Assembly: GCA_052327205.1 (NCBI GenBank)
Contig: CM126204.1
Coordinates: 261,516,001 to 261,580,000, forward strand
Direction of reading: 5' to 3'
Source: Somniosus microcephalus
Taxonomy: Eukaryota
DNA length: 64,000 nucleotides
In this document: piece by piece, positions 36,941 to 48,973 of the stretch
Layout of the letters: the number at the start of each line of letters is the position of its first letter
How positions within the stretch are numbered: position 1 is the first letter of the stretch
Made by a program: the position numbers and the translations under genes
The notes under the pieces: model-generated
What the model was told of the DNA's origin: nothing
Seen by the model: only the letters and a program-made list of their open reading frames with translations
Databases searched by the model: none

Positions 36941-39900
36941 ACTCCTTTTGTTTGTTAGAAAACATTCCTTATTAGTAGCCCAAATATGTAAATCAGAAAA
37001 AGCTAGCTTCACTGACAGTATAAATTAAAGTCCTAACTCTTGATGCTTTAAATTGAAATATTAAAGTGACATCAACTCTGTTGTTACTACCAAAGACAGT
37101 TTGCATTGGGACCATCCGAATTATAAGTCCAAAGAGGATTTATTTTCAGTTTTACAAAAATTGAGAATCTAACGCAAATTCTTAATCTAGGCTGGTTGGG
37201 GGGAGGGGATTCAGAAATATACAAATCTGAAAAATTTGGATCAGATATTTTCCCAACATTTTCCTTCAAGCATGCATCATTCCAATCCTCCTCTCCCTTG
37301 TACAATACATTTTTGTACCTTGCTAGCAATTTAGAATGTTACCTAAAAGAATTTCTATGAACAAATAATTTGTTACCTAACTATACAAAATAGATAGAGC
37401 ATCACAAACATTAAACAGAAAACTGATCATTTTAATCACGTGTCAATGGGAATCTCACTTCCTCTTCTGAAATAAAAAAGTTGCATCTTATAACAGTCAA
37501 AACTAAAATTTGCATAATTTGCATTAACTCTTTAAGAACTGAAAAATTGGGCTTTCAAAATGAACACTTTTCTGTCCTGGTTCGGCATGTTCTATTATTA
37601 AATAATTATAAAGTAGTGAGAAGTATACAGTACAACTGAAACACATCTTATTTTACATATTTCAGATTAAAATAAATCAAATGTTTTAGCATTTTAACAT
37701 CCTTCAGTGCTTGAAGGGCTAATAACATCTACAAATTGTTTAACTATTTTGTGCTATTGTAAGTGTGGGTCTGTAAATATCTTGGTGATTTATGAAAGTG
37801 AATTGATAGTTGATTGAAAACCTTTATGTACAATGAGATCAATTGACACCAAATGGCTACTCAGATTTTCAGTTCTGTAGAGTGCCAATTCTCAACATTT
37901 CTTTTGCAAATATGTAACAATTGTGCCGAAAAACTTCTGTACATTATATTTTAGAATGTTGTTTCAACTTTGTACTTGATTTTAGAAATGAGTAGATATA
38001 TATATATTACCTTTTTAAATGTAGATATTTGGTGTTTAGACCAATTAATATGAATGTATATATTGTGGAGCAAAATAAACTGTTTCTCCAGTGAATGTTC
38101 TTGCATTGCTCATTGATTTATTTGCAAGTATCTTTCATGTTTATAATGAGTAACTGTTTGAACTAACTGGCTCACACTAACAGCTTAATGCTATAAGTGG
38201 TTAAGTGCCTAAATCACAGCTTACTTTTCACAAAAAAATGTTAAATTGTACAACTATTTTATTCAGTGTCTATGACTGGTATTTTCATTATGCTAAGCAT
38301 CATTTTTGGTAACAAACGGTATCTCTTACCAATAGCTGTGTGTTATTTCTCCTTCATATGAAAGACTTTTACCAGGCGCAAGAATCGTAAGTGTTTTCTG
38401 CGGGCGGAGTGTCTCCAGAAAACGGAACTCTCCACCCACAGAGGCCCTGCTCTAGCGCAGCTGGAGGATCTGTCAAGCGCATGCCTGAAACCGGCATTTC
38501 CGTTGACCCTACGGGTGAGTACTCGGCGCGTACACACCCGTAGGGACCGGAATTTCTGCCTCAATGTCCATGCAGATCCATAGCTGCTGGGTGAGGAAAT
38601 GGCTTCCATTCCAACTTGTCCTGGATAAAATGGTTCAGGTAGTACATGGATGAGTTATCTTTTCCAATCCAAGATATAGAGCGGAGTATCCAAACCCACT
38701 TTAGAATAAAATAAACACTCAACAGGAAGCTATATGAGGACAAAGGGAATAGAAGGTTATGCTGTTAGATGAGGATGGGAGGAAGCTCAAGTGCAGCATA
38801 AATGTCGACATGGACTGGTTGGGCCGAATGGCCTGTTTCTGTGCCGTATATTCTATGTTAATTTATTAGTATCACTTTAGGCAAAACTACCAGTGGTTCC
38901 AAATTAAGGGTCAAACTCACCAATAGTCTGGGTGACAATTAAAACTGGAGAGGAGCATTATGGTACAGCAAATTAGAAGAAACCACACAAACTGCTGTGA
39001 GGGTTTGCAATGGAACGTGGCAATTTCTATTTCCTACTATCGTGACACATTGACTTGTTTTGGAAAACTCCCATATCAATCCAGGACACTTCAGTTAAAC
39101 CGAGCACTAACTAACCTGATTTTCTAGCAGGACTCTGAAAAGCAAAGAAAGCAGGGAGGCATAAATTTAAGGATGAATCCAAGACTCTGTTACAAGGAGA
39201 GATGCTCAGAGCTGAAGTCATACTGCAGAAAAAGAGCGGTGACACAATTGAAAGCTAAACATAGGGACAGGGGTAGGCCATTCAGCCCCTTGAGGTTGTC
39301 CTGCCATTCAATTAGACTATGGCTGATCTGTATAAATGATTTGCATAAAGTGCATATTTGTAAATAAGCATTTGACTGGCAACGTGAGCACACGAGGAGA
39401 CTACATTGGCTCAAAATTGAAAAGATCAAGATTTGAATTTTGTTCATATGGAACAGAAATGCAGCAAACATATTTGATGCTGTCAATTTACTCCTTTAAA
39501 AAAGAAACTGGATAGGTATTCACTTGGGAACAGGCATAAAGGTTACAAGAATAACCAGGGTGATATGATCAAATATTCCATAGGTCATCTACCATTAGTG
39601 CATATAAATTACACTTCAGCTGCCCAATGAGACTGAAAGCTGCCAAGCAGTACCCAGTTTACACTGGGTGAAATTTTAATTCTGCTGCATATAGATGTGC
39701 ACACATGTCCTCTTGTAGCAGTTCAATTTTTAATGTTCAGACAGTGTGGAATGTCAACGGGCAAGTCACAGATTTCCCTAGCCTCAACGTGCTCAGGAAT
39801 CTTTCCTGGCTTAATGGATGCTTCAGCAACCCCATTTGCGAAATGTTGAGAATCTTCACTACTACTAATTGTTTGACTTTTTGGATTAAAAGAAAACCTT

Positions 39901-40549
39901 GCTGTTTTGTAGACCTTACATCCAGACTGAAGCCTGGCTAGTGTCAGCACATTGCCTTGCTGTTCTAGTTGTGATCTTGCAAAGGATCTTGGCCCTGTTT
40001 CTCCAGTGTCCTTGACCCACTCTGTCATAGATTGGGCCAAATTCATTTAGTGCCAATGTCTCTATTACAAATGTCCGGTCTCAAGATATTCACTCAGGTT
40101 CAGTTGCACCAGTTACTTCCATAAGAGACCTAATTTCCTGTGATTTCAAGAGTACATTTGCTACCCAATATCTAATTTTAAAAAGTGTGAGATCCAGGGC
40201 CAGAATACAAAGACTCCTCATTTATGCATGGGATACTGTGATCGTGCATCTGCCATCGTGTGCATTTCTTCCATCTTTTGGAAGGCAGACAAAAAACCTG
40301 TACGATAGCAAAATACTGCAGATGCTGGAAATCCGAAATAACAGAAAATGCTGGAAAAACTCAGGTGGTCAGGCAACATCCGTGGAGAGAAATTTGAGTT
40401 GACGTTTCGGGTCGAAACCCTTTTTCAAAACTGGAAAGGAAATAAAATAGATCGAAGGCAGGTCTGCGATCGAACAAAAGAAACATTAAAAGGTATTCAA
40501 AACCAGACGAGATGGTAATAGGCCAGTGGAGACAAAAGACAGCTGAGAT

Positions 40550-42747
40550 TAGGGTTGCAAAGGGGTGGAAAGTTTCCGGTAAATTTCCAGAAATTTTCCA
40601 CGGGAAGTTTAGCTTGGGAATTTTGCCCAAAAAAGCATATGCTAGCATAATATTGTTTTTTTTGTATTTCTTTCTTTTTTTCCCCCACAGGTCCTCTCTT
40701 AATAATTAAGATTCCATCTCTGTTAGTAATTTTAAGGAATTTCTTAATCAATATATGTTTATCTTCTTACTTGACTTGTTTTAATAATTACAAGTTTTGT
40801 GTGTGACTGTGAACAAGTGTGTCCTGATTGGTTGGATGAGTGGATGAGCGATTAGCTCCCTCTATTTGTAATATTTGCATATCGAATTGTGATTGGCCTG
40901 CAGGCATCTGTAAGACTGCTATAGTTTTTTTTAAGATCCAGGTTAGGGGACCTGAGGGAAGTCATTTTGTTTTCTGCTGATGTGATGATGCAGTAAGTAA
41001 ATCAGACTTTATACCAAATAAACCAGTTACTTGTTGAACTCTGTTGTCCTTCAATTTAAAATATACAAATTAATACACTATTGGTGATGTAGCATCGTGT
41101 GTGTACAGGTCATGCTTCCATCACATGGAGCATCAGCAAAAATGTACTCACCCTGTTGCAATCATGCTGATCGACCGCAGTTCGACACAGAGATGAATGC
41201 CCTTTATTTCTCTGCATAGAACAATGCCACATTTACCGTCGGATGTGTGGAAGCATTTTACCCCAGGCATTAAAGATGGAAAGACTGTGTACATGTGCAA
41301 ACACTGTAGAAAGCCATATGTAAAGAATGCCACAAAGATGCAGCAGCATTTATCCAAATGCAACAACTTCACTCATATTACGTCTATTGGGTGCGCAGCT
41401 CATGGGCTTAACCTGCTCAAGGACATCATGGGTTTGAGAACCATGGAAGCACTGTACAAGAGAGCCAAGCAAGTTGTTAAGTATGTCAGGGGAAAACAGG
41501 TAGTTGCAGCAACCTACAACTCCAAGCAAATGACAAAGAACAAGAACACCACACTGAAGCTGCCCAACAACACTAGATGGGGTGGTGTTGTCATAATGTA
41601 CAACAGCCTTCTGGAGGGTAAGGAGTCGCTGCAAGAAATGGCAATATCCCAGTCTGGGGATATGGAAACCACCATCAAGAAAATACTGCTGGATGATGTG
41701 TTTTGGGAGAGAGTGGTTAGCAGCCTTAAACTACTCTCACCAGTAGCATCTGCAATTGCTCAGATTGAAGGAGATGACGCTGTCTTGTCAGATGTTCTCA
41801 GGCTTTTTACTGATTTAAAAGAACAAATCAGCATTGCCCTACCCACATCCCTGCTGCTCAAAGCAGAGGAGAAGGCAATTGTTCAATTCATACAGACGCG
41901 TCAAGAAATTTGTGTCAAGCCGATTCATGCTGCAGCATACATGCTGGACCCAAAGCATGTTGGGAGACCAAAACTTTCTGGAGAACAGATCAACAGCGCT
42001 TACAGTGTGATTTCTACCCCCTCACACCATCTCAATCTGGATGTGGGCAAAGTTCTGGGAAGTCTGGCAAAGTTCTCTACCAAGCAAGGTCTTTGGAATG
42101 GGGATGGGATATGGGAATCATGCAAGCATATCAGTGCACATACCTGGTGGAAGGGACTTTGTGCATCTGAGGCCCTGTCACCTATTGCATCGGTGATACT
42201 CCAAATCCCACCTTCATCAGCGGCCTCTGAACGAAACTGGTCACTTTTTGGGAATACGCATACAAAGGTGCGCAACAGGCTGACTAACAAGAGAGTGGAG
42301 AAACTGGTGGCTATCCAGGCGAACCTACAACTTATTGAGCCAGATACAGAAGTGTCCACCACACAGCTAGACACTGACACAGAGGAGGAAATGGACACGT
42401 CAGAGCCAGAGAATCAGGAGGAGCAATGAGGAGTAGAAGAATCAGAAGACTCATGAGTAGAAGACTCAAAGGGACAAAATAAGGACAAATTACAGGCTAA
42501 ATAAGCTGACGCTCTTTTTATTTTATTTTAGATGGGTCTTTTTTGTGGGGGTTCAATAAAGTTCAAAATTATAACCTAAATAAAGTTTTGAAAGCCTGTT
42601 TTTATTTGTATGGAACAGTATGTCTATTTTGAGGACAAATATAAGGGTCAGAGACAAAAACCATCAGTGTGCAAAAAAACTCAAAATTCCCATAAATTCC
42701 CATGGAAAGTTTCCTCTTTTAAAAATTCCCAGAATTTTGCAACCCTA
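40550..42747 (+). mobile_element. hAT DNA transposon, internally deleted
   Basis: Perfect 12-bp TIRs TAGGGTTGCAAA (40550-40561) and TTTGCAACCCTA (42736-42747). Perfect 8-bp TSD GCTGAGAT (40542-40549 and 42748-42755). Subterminal GGAAA/TTTCC repeats. Confidence 0.95.
41197..42429 (+). CDS. hAT transposase-derived ORF (BED zinc finger, CxxH, C-terminal hAT dimerisation domain); N-terminal catalytic segment missing
   Basis: SDVWKHF..CKHC..H..C BED finger joined directly to CAAHGLNL. Also TRW, WWK and SSAASERNWS..KVRNRL motifs. 410 aa with no stop. Confidence 0.85.
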   Translation: MPFISLHRTMPHLPSDVWKHFTPGIKDGKTVYMCKHCRKPYVKNATKMQQHLSKCNNFTHITSIGCAAHGLNLLKDIMGLRTMEALYKRAKQVVKYVRGKQVVAATYNSKQMTKNKNTTLKLPNNTRWGGVVIMYNSLLEGKESLQEMAISQSGDMETTIKKILLDDVFWERVVSSLKLLSPVASAIAQIEGDDAVLSDVLRLFTDLKEQISIALPTSLLLKAEEKAIVQFIQTRQEICVKPIHAAAYMLDPKHVGRPKLSGEQINSAYSVISTPSHHLNLDVGKVLGSLAKFSTKQGLWNGDGIWESCKHISAHTWWKGLCASEALSPIASVILQIPPSSAASERNWSLFGNTHTKVRNRLTNKRVEKLVAIQANLQLIEPDTEVSTTQLDTDTEEEMDTSEPENQEEQ

Positions 42748-44140
42748 GCTGAGATTAGGTGTGAAGTGTACTGGCAGGATAAGAGACAGCTGCCAGGTTT
42801 GTGTGGGGCGGGGGGGGGGGGAAGGAGGACCCAAAACAAAGGGGCGGAAAAAAAAGTAAAAAAGTAATAGGGGCCGAGGTTATGATCTGAAATTGTTGAA
42901 CTCGATATTGAGTCCGGAAGACTGCAAAGTGCCTAATCAGAAGATGAGGTGCTGTTCCTCGAGTTTACGTTGAGCTTCCGTGGAACAATGCAAGAGGCCA
43001 AGGACGGTGAGGTCTGAGTGGGAATGGAGCGGTGAATTAAAATGACAGGCGACCGGAAGCTCGGGGTCACCCTTACGGACTGAACGGAGGTGTTCCGCAA
43101 AGCGGTCACCCAATCTGCGTTTGGTCTCCCCAATGTAGAGGAGACCACATCGTGAGCAGCGAATACAGTATACTAGAAACTGGTATACAAAAAACCTGGT
43201 TTCATTAACGTGTAATATACAAATGAACTGAATAGTTTTCACAGCGACAATTTCCTATCAATCATATCATGCAAAATAATGCATTTTGTAATTTGCCTAT
43301 TCTTATGGGCATAACTCAAGTCAGCAATCTTTCAAATGTCTGGTACTCACTGCAGACAGCCTTTTCCCAGGGAGGAAGACAAAACCTTGATCTCTGACCT
43401 CTTTAGCTCTTCACATCAAGGATTGGATCGGCAAACTTCCAATCAAAGTTACATCTTAAATGAGAAACCACCCCCTTGATGTGGAAGCCATGGCAACTAG
43501 ATTGTTTAACAACACGCCCTGCTGAGCACAATCAATGGAAACCATTCTTGCATTCAAGTGCAAATATGTTTGGAAAGCATTAGACAATCCCCATCGTCTC
43601 AAATTGATATAGTATATGAGAATACACAATTTTGAAAAGGCTGGTATTCTAACTAATTTGTCCTAAACAATATTCCAGATAGCTTGTCTCTTCTGGAGTT
43701 AACCCTTTATGAACTGAATCTAACTTCATACGAACTTCATTACATAAATTAAACCAAAATCCATTCTGGGCCGATAGATAAAAGTCTCAAAACAGCAGTC
43801 ATAATAGCTTTCAGCTAGTGAGCACAGGAACAGAAACAGAAGTTGGATTTCTTTAGTTCCCTGAAGTATCATGTGCAAAAAGAAAAAAATAATTGTGAAG
43901 CCAACACTTACTATTCTCACTATCGTAAATATGTTTGCTGCACATCTTTGTTTGAATTTGTGTTTATTCTGAGGTATGGGGGAAAACAAGAAATACTTGG
44001 ACAAATCATCAGAACTGCAGCTATGTACTAGTCTGTAGCCAATGGGAGAAAAAGGAAGACAATGTATGTGGAGATTACTATTCTTTGCATATATTTAAAA
44101 GAAACAGGTTAAACAAAACATCTCAATGTAAAATTGAAAC

Positions 44141-44146
44141 TTTATT
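44141..44146 (-). terminator. Candidate DENND1B polyadenylation signal (3' UTR about 3.6 kb, 47708 to ~44120)
   Basis: AATAAA on the minus strand followed by a U/GU-rich tract (gatgttttgttt). The region 44150-47700 is AT-rich with no recognisable repeats, as expected for a 3' UTR. Confidence 0.45.
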
Positions 44147-47100
44147 GTTTGGCAAAGGCAAAGCACAGCTCTGCAAAGTCTGAAGAATAACTTTATTCAG
44201 CCAATTTTGTACAATTTCTCATATTATACAGCAGCTTGGACAACCATCAAAAGAAGATTAACCAAAGACATCGAGTATCCCAACCGGTGATACCCGTACG
44301 TACCCGTTTTGGTTGAAACGGTCACTGGGTTTCATTTTAAATAGATATATTCTGAATTGGTGGAGTGCTCATACAACTGTCCTAAAACGTTTTATTAAGA
44401 ATTTAATATACCCTGCAACAGCTTAATCTGGCAGTTGGTACATCAAAACCTGGCCGATTTGTATATGCACATTCAGCTACACAGCTAAAAATCCAATTTT
44501 CTTGCAGTACATTTTTGAATCACAAAGGGAAGTAATTCCACTGATAGGATAAGATGCTATGGGATGTCGCTTTTATTGTGTCAATCTGGATAAAAATTGA
44601 TGACTTTTACAAATAAGCTTCCCTAAGGAATGCTGAAAATAAAATTGGCACAAACAGCAGCTCTACAATGACTTGGTGCTTTAAAAGCCAAATTACTGGA
44701 TTTTCCAGTGGACTCAAAGTATACAACTTGTTTGTTTTTTGTTTAAGAAAAAGCCAAACTCAGTTGGGATATACAGTTAAATGGCATTACTATAGAACAG
44801 AACCTAAGCAACACGCTGGTTGATATTTACAACAATTGGACAGTTTAAGACAACTTAAAAGTATTAGTTAACAGTTGAACTGTTTGGTCTCTGGTTATTC
44901 ATGGACAATTGTGTTAACTAGATGCTTAAATGAACAATTAGATAAACATTTGCATAAATTAGACATGCAAGTAATTTACAGGATGAACTGCACATGTATA
45001 TTTTTAAGAGTTGGACAATCATAGCAATGAGTAACATTCACTTTTTAAAATGAACACGTAAATGGAACAAATGCTTAAGACATAGGCTGTTCTATCAGTT
45101 TACCAACATATTGCATATAGAAAAAGTGGACTCTAAATTATGGAAGTGATACAAACTATGGAACTTTGTAAATTAGAGCGGTTGCAAGAATATGGTGGAC
45201 TACTACTCAAATAAGACATTAAAGACTTAGATGGAAAAAGAAAAACAATGATAAAACGAGAAAACTAATTCCACAGTGATCTTTATTCACAATGACCTCT
45301 TGACCTTGTTACATAACTTTGCAGTCGACATGGTGCAAGTTTTAATGGTTAACGCAACTTATATGCACTTTAGGTGCTTCTCTGTACCCTAGATTAAAAT
45401 TTATTATTAAAAAAACTTGGTGCAACAATCTAACTTGAAAGCAACATCTGGAATACAAACAATTTGTAAATAGAATTCATATTGCACAGAATTATTCTAA
45501 AAAAGATAACATGCCTTCTGGGCGCTGAAAGAGGCTGCATTTTAAATTATTTTCAATATACAAACCAAAGACAACAATAAGAGTAAGTTAATTTGACAGG
45601 AGAGCATTTAAAACAAAAACTCAGATCAATTTGAGTTTTTGGGAAATCTGAGGTATATCAAATAGGATTATCCTGCTGATTTTCTGTTTTGATATACAGC
45701 CTGTGTAATGTGACAGCAATATTGCACCTTGATACATCAGTGCACATGCCATCTTTTCATATACATTACACTTTTAGTTTCTGCTCAAGTTGTTCCAGTT
45801 CCCAAAATAAAATTAAGTACCATCATTTTCATTAAGGCACGTGTTCCAGCCTTTGCCGCAGCGATGTATTAGGTATTTTAAATGCCTAAAAAAATTAGAA
45901 ATATTTATATATGTATCTCTGATGAACTAACTAATGAAGTCCTTTAACAACATCCAGTTAAGAGGGGGAAAAAAATAGGACAGAGGAACATGGGAGCAAA
46001 AGTATACCACATGTCCCCAGTAACAGAGTGCAAGACGGTGCCTTATTTAAAGTAATCATCAAGTAACCAAATGTTATCTACAGATTTAAAAGTATTAAAC
46101 ATTAGTGTAGCACAAGTTACTGGAATCATCTGGTTTGTGTAGATGTTGTCATCTATCCTAATATTCATTTACCCTGTTTGTACCCTTTAAAGTACCATTA
46201 ATTAAACAGGAGTACCAACAGGATGTGCTTCTTCCCCCTTATATCCCAGTGTTGGTTGCCATTTACATTACACCAGTCCTATTACACAATCACATTCTAA
46301 AAACACAGCAATATTTCACGAAACATTTACAGCATTTGTGCACATTTGTTCAATACAAAAACACACTTATACCAAGAGCACATAGAAAATTGATAACACT
46401 TAAATCCATATCAAAACGTTAACAATTGTATTTTATCGCAGGCCAGAACTCCTGAGGTCTCAAGAAAGCCGATTTCATGTCTTGTAAAAACTGTTTCATT
46501 CCTAAAATATCACTCAGAGGTTCAAGTGAGCCATCATTAATGGTGTCGAGGGAAAACAAAAACAATTCAACTTATTTCGGGAAGACATGGATTGAATACT
46601 CATTGGTACTAACAGATTGCTGATTAAATAAAATGCAGCATTATCTCCATAGGAGATTCTTTTTCTCCCTTTATTAACCACAGTTTGCATCGTCATTCCT
46701 GATAATTATTGCCTAATGAACTGATTTCAAGCATTTTCAGGTTTACACTATGTAAGCACTAAAGTATCTTATGCTGTGACACTGTTAAACAATTGCATGA
46801 AGTGATTTAGAAAGATGCTACATGTACATGATGATTTCAGAGGACTACGATTTCTGTAATTTTTAAGGCAGTACCTTTGATCATTTGGCTTTAATTTACT
46901 GCATATTTCATTTATAGACATGGGTAAAACATAGATAACAGGAAAACACAGATAATGGTAAAACACAGATAAAATGTAAATGGAGTGTTTAAATAATTCA
47001 GAGTATCCAGCTTATAGATTTATTAAAATGGAACAGGAAGGGTTGAGGAGGGTTTGAAATGTAAGGAATTGCAGAGAATAATGACCACTGTTCCCTCCTC

Positions 47101-47708
47101 AAGTGCTTGTAAACACAGACAATCCCACCTGCTAATTCTCATCCACTCTTCATTGTACAAGGTAACATATATTTTATATATAGCATGCAACAATTTTACT
47201 ATCACAAAGCATTTGCCTTGTTAGCCTGATTTGGTTGGAACAATGCAGGGAAATCTCACTGACCCGGAAAGAAAATCTCAGCCTCCCATTGTGATGTAGA
47301 AACATAAGTTTGTTCTTTGTCCCTCAGAGTTAAAATTTATCTTTTTCACCTGAATAGAACTTTAAATGAAATGGCTTCTGTTGTGTACAGACATACCTGA
47401 TTGCTGAATTATCAATACACTACTCCATTCTAGGCAACAACTTGTACTCAACTGTTTAGCACAAATGTATAAATCAGAAGTAATTTTAATTGTCTGTTTT
47501 AGCAGTGTGTGTTAAAGTTTAAATTTGAAAGAAAATCTGTATTTGATTTTGCATAAATCAGTAAAGCAGTGCATTTTTACTTCTTCTACACTTAGAAATG
47601 TTCAGGAACTCCTCCCTTTCCTGCAGTCTAACACTCAATCTTTCAATTATTAAATAATTCTCTGAATTTGCCCCAGCTTAAAATACTGCTCCACTTTCAC
47701 ACTTTGTT

Positions 47709-48257
47709 CTAAGTGTTGGTAGTGGAAGCACCAACACTGGAAATAGTGTGACCGGTTTCAATTCTGGAACATAAACAGTCGATCTCTTTGAGTAGGTCTA
47801 TTTCACCTGTGGGTTCTAGCAATTCAGCCTCAACAGCGTCTTTCTCCCAAGGGATTAAAACGGATGGGTATTTTGGTGTATTTTGACACTGCTCTTCGTA
47901 GGTACCGTCTCCACTGGTTAGTGTTTGCTTTGGCTCCTTTAGTTTGGCTGAAATCTTTTTCTTCTGCTTTGATTCTTCACTGGAGGCAAGGGTTGCCACT
48001 GAAGCTTTAAAAGACGAGTCACTATTGAGTTTCGGAAAATTTGTCAACTCTTCAACAAACACACAGGAGTTTTCAGAAGATGTCATTTCAAAGGTAACCG
48101 GACATTCAGAAAAATAACAAAATGATTTCCTTGGAGATGGGGGAAGGGGCTTTCTATGGACAACAGTATCATCTTGTCCCAGGTGCCAACTCAGATGATC
48201 ACCATACCCTACACCAAGTTCAGCCAGGTTTCCCTCACTAGGAGTATTGAACTTGTT
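47709..48257 (-). CDS. DENND1B: DENND1B terminal coding exon
   Basis: Minus-strand acceptor ttattttgttAG|aac, phase 0; 549 nt. Encodes NKFNTPSEGNLAELGVGYGDHLSWHLGQDDTVVHRKPLPPSPRK...IPWEKD...EIDLLKEIDCLC...NT*, resembling human DENND1B as recalled (NKSNAPSENNL..WNLGQDD..LPPSPRK..VPWEKE). CRB1-DENND1B tail-to-tail synteny matches human. Confidence 0.9.
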   Translation of the reverse strand, partial: NKFNTPSEGNLAELGVGYGDHLSWHLGQDDTVVHRKPLPPSPRKSFCYFSECPVTFEMTSSENSCVFVEELTNFPKLNSDSSFKASVATLASSEESKQKKKISAKLKEPKQTLTSGDGTYEEQCQNTPKYPSVLIPWEKDAVEAELLEPTGEIDLLKEIDCLCSRIETGHTISSVGASTTNT

Positions 48258-48756
48258 CTAACAAAATAAGAAGAAACACGTTAAGTATGAGATCTCCCAA
48301 AACTTTAATGATTAAAAAAAGCAATTCATTGTCAAATATGAAAGGCACATCTACAATAAATCTCCTATACAAAATAGCTATTTCTTATATCATCTTCCGT
48401 TATTTAGCATTTTCAAATTCATTAAGATTTAACGAGGCAACAATTACTTTTGACTTTTCTGCACTTTTTCTTTCCAAATTAGCTCTCAACAGCATTGTGT
48501 TGGGACAGGATGAGAGCCACAACACAGATGCCTCCAGGGATTACATTAGTGGCATTCTTTGGTCAACCAACTAAGGTGTATGCATAAAAAGATTAACAAA
48601 CTGACTTAGACTAAGAAATTTCAGTGTCTAGGGAAAGCAGCCTCAATCGAGATGATTTTTTTGAATTCAAATAGCTAGTGAACTTGAGTCACATTAGCTT
48701 TGATGTTTTAACTTGTGCACTATCACGATCCTAGAACTTTAATACAGAGTACTCAC

Positions 48757-48973
48757 CCCAGCTTTATAACTGATATCATCCATTGATTTGAAGAAATCCA
48801 GGCTCTTTGCACCACACAGCTTTCCTTGATCTGAACTGTGTGTACTGAGGGTATCAAGGATCTCTCCCAACAAGTCCATCTGGCCTGGAGATTGTGACTC
48901 TAGTTCCATCTGTTCAGAATCATCACTGTCATCAATATAGGCACATACTTCTCCACTGTCTTCCGATGATACC
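48757..48973 (-). CDS. DENND1B: DENND1B penultimate coding exon
   Basis: Acceptor ttcttAG|g and donor ggg|GTgagt; 217 nt, phase 2/0. Encodes VSSEDSGEVCAYIDDSDDSE..MDLLGEILDTLSTHSSDQGKLCGAKSLDFFKSMDDISYKAG. The MDLLGEILDTLSTHSSDQGKL..AKSLDFF block is characteristic of DENND1B. Confidence 0.93.

Larger units (their letters stand above)
40307..43176 (-). mobile_element. Penelope-like retroelement 3' fragment (GIY-YIG endonuclease plus tail), split by the hAT insertion
   Basis: LVYCIRCSRCGLLYIGETKRRLGDRFAEH..PVACHFN..EEQHLIF*LGTLQSSGLN at ~43176-42880. The tail continues beyond the hAT to ~40307 (GAAACGTCAAC..GATGTTGCCTGACCACCTGAG..TTCCAGCATTTTCTG on minus). Confidence 0.85.

Noticed and set aside
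40396-40432. Second hammerhead-like motif in the Penelope tail (minus strand)
   Set aside because: The catalytic core is mutated (TTGAAAA instead of CTGANGA), so it is unlikely to be active.
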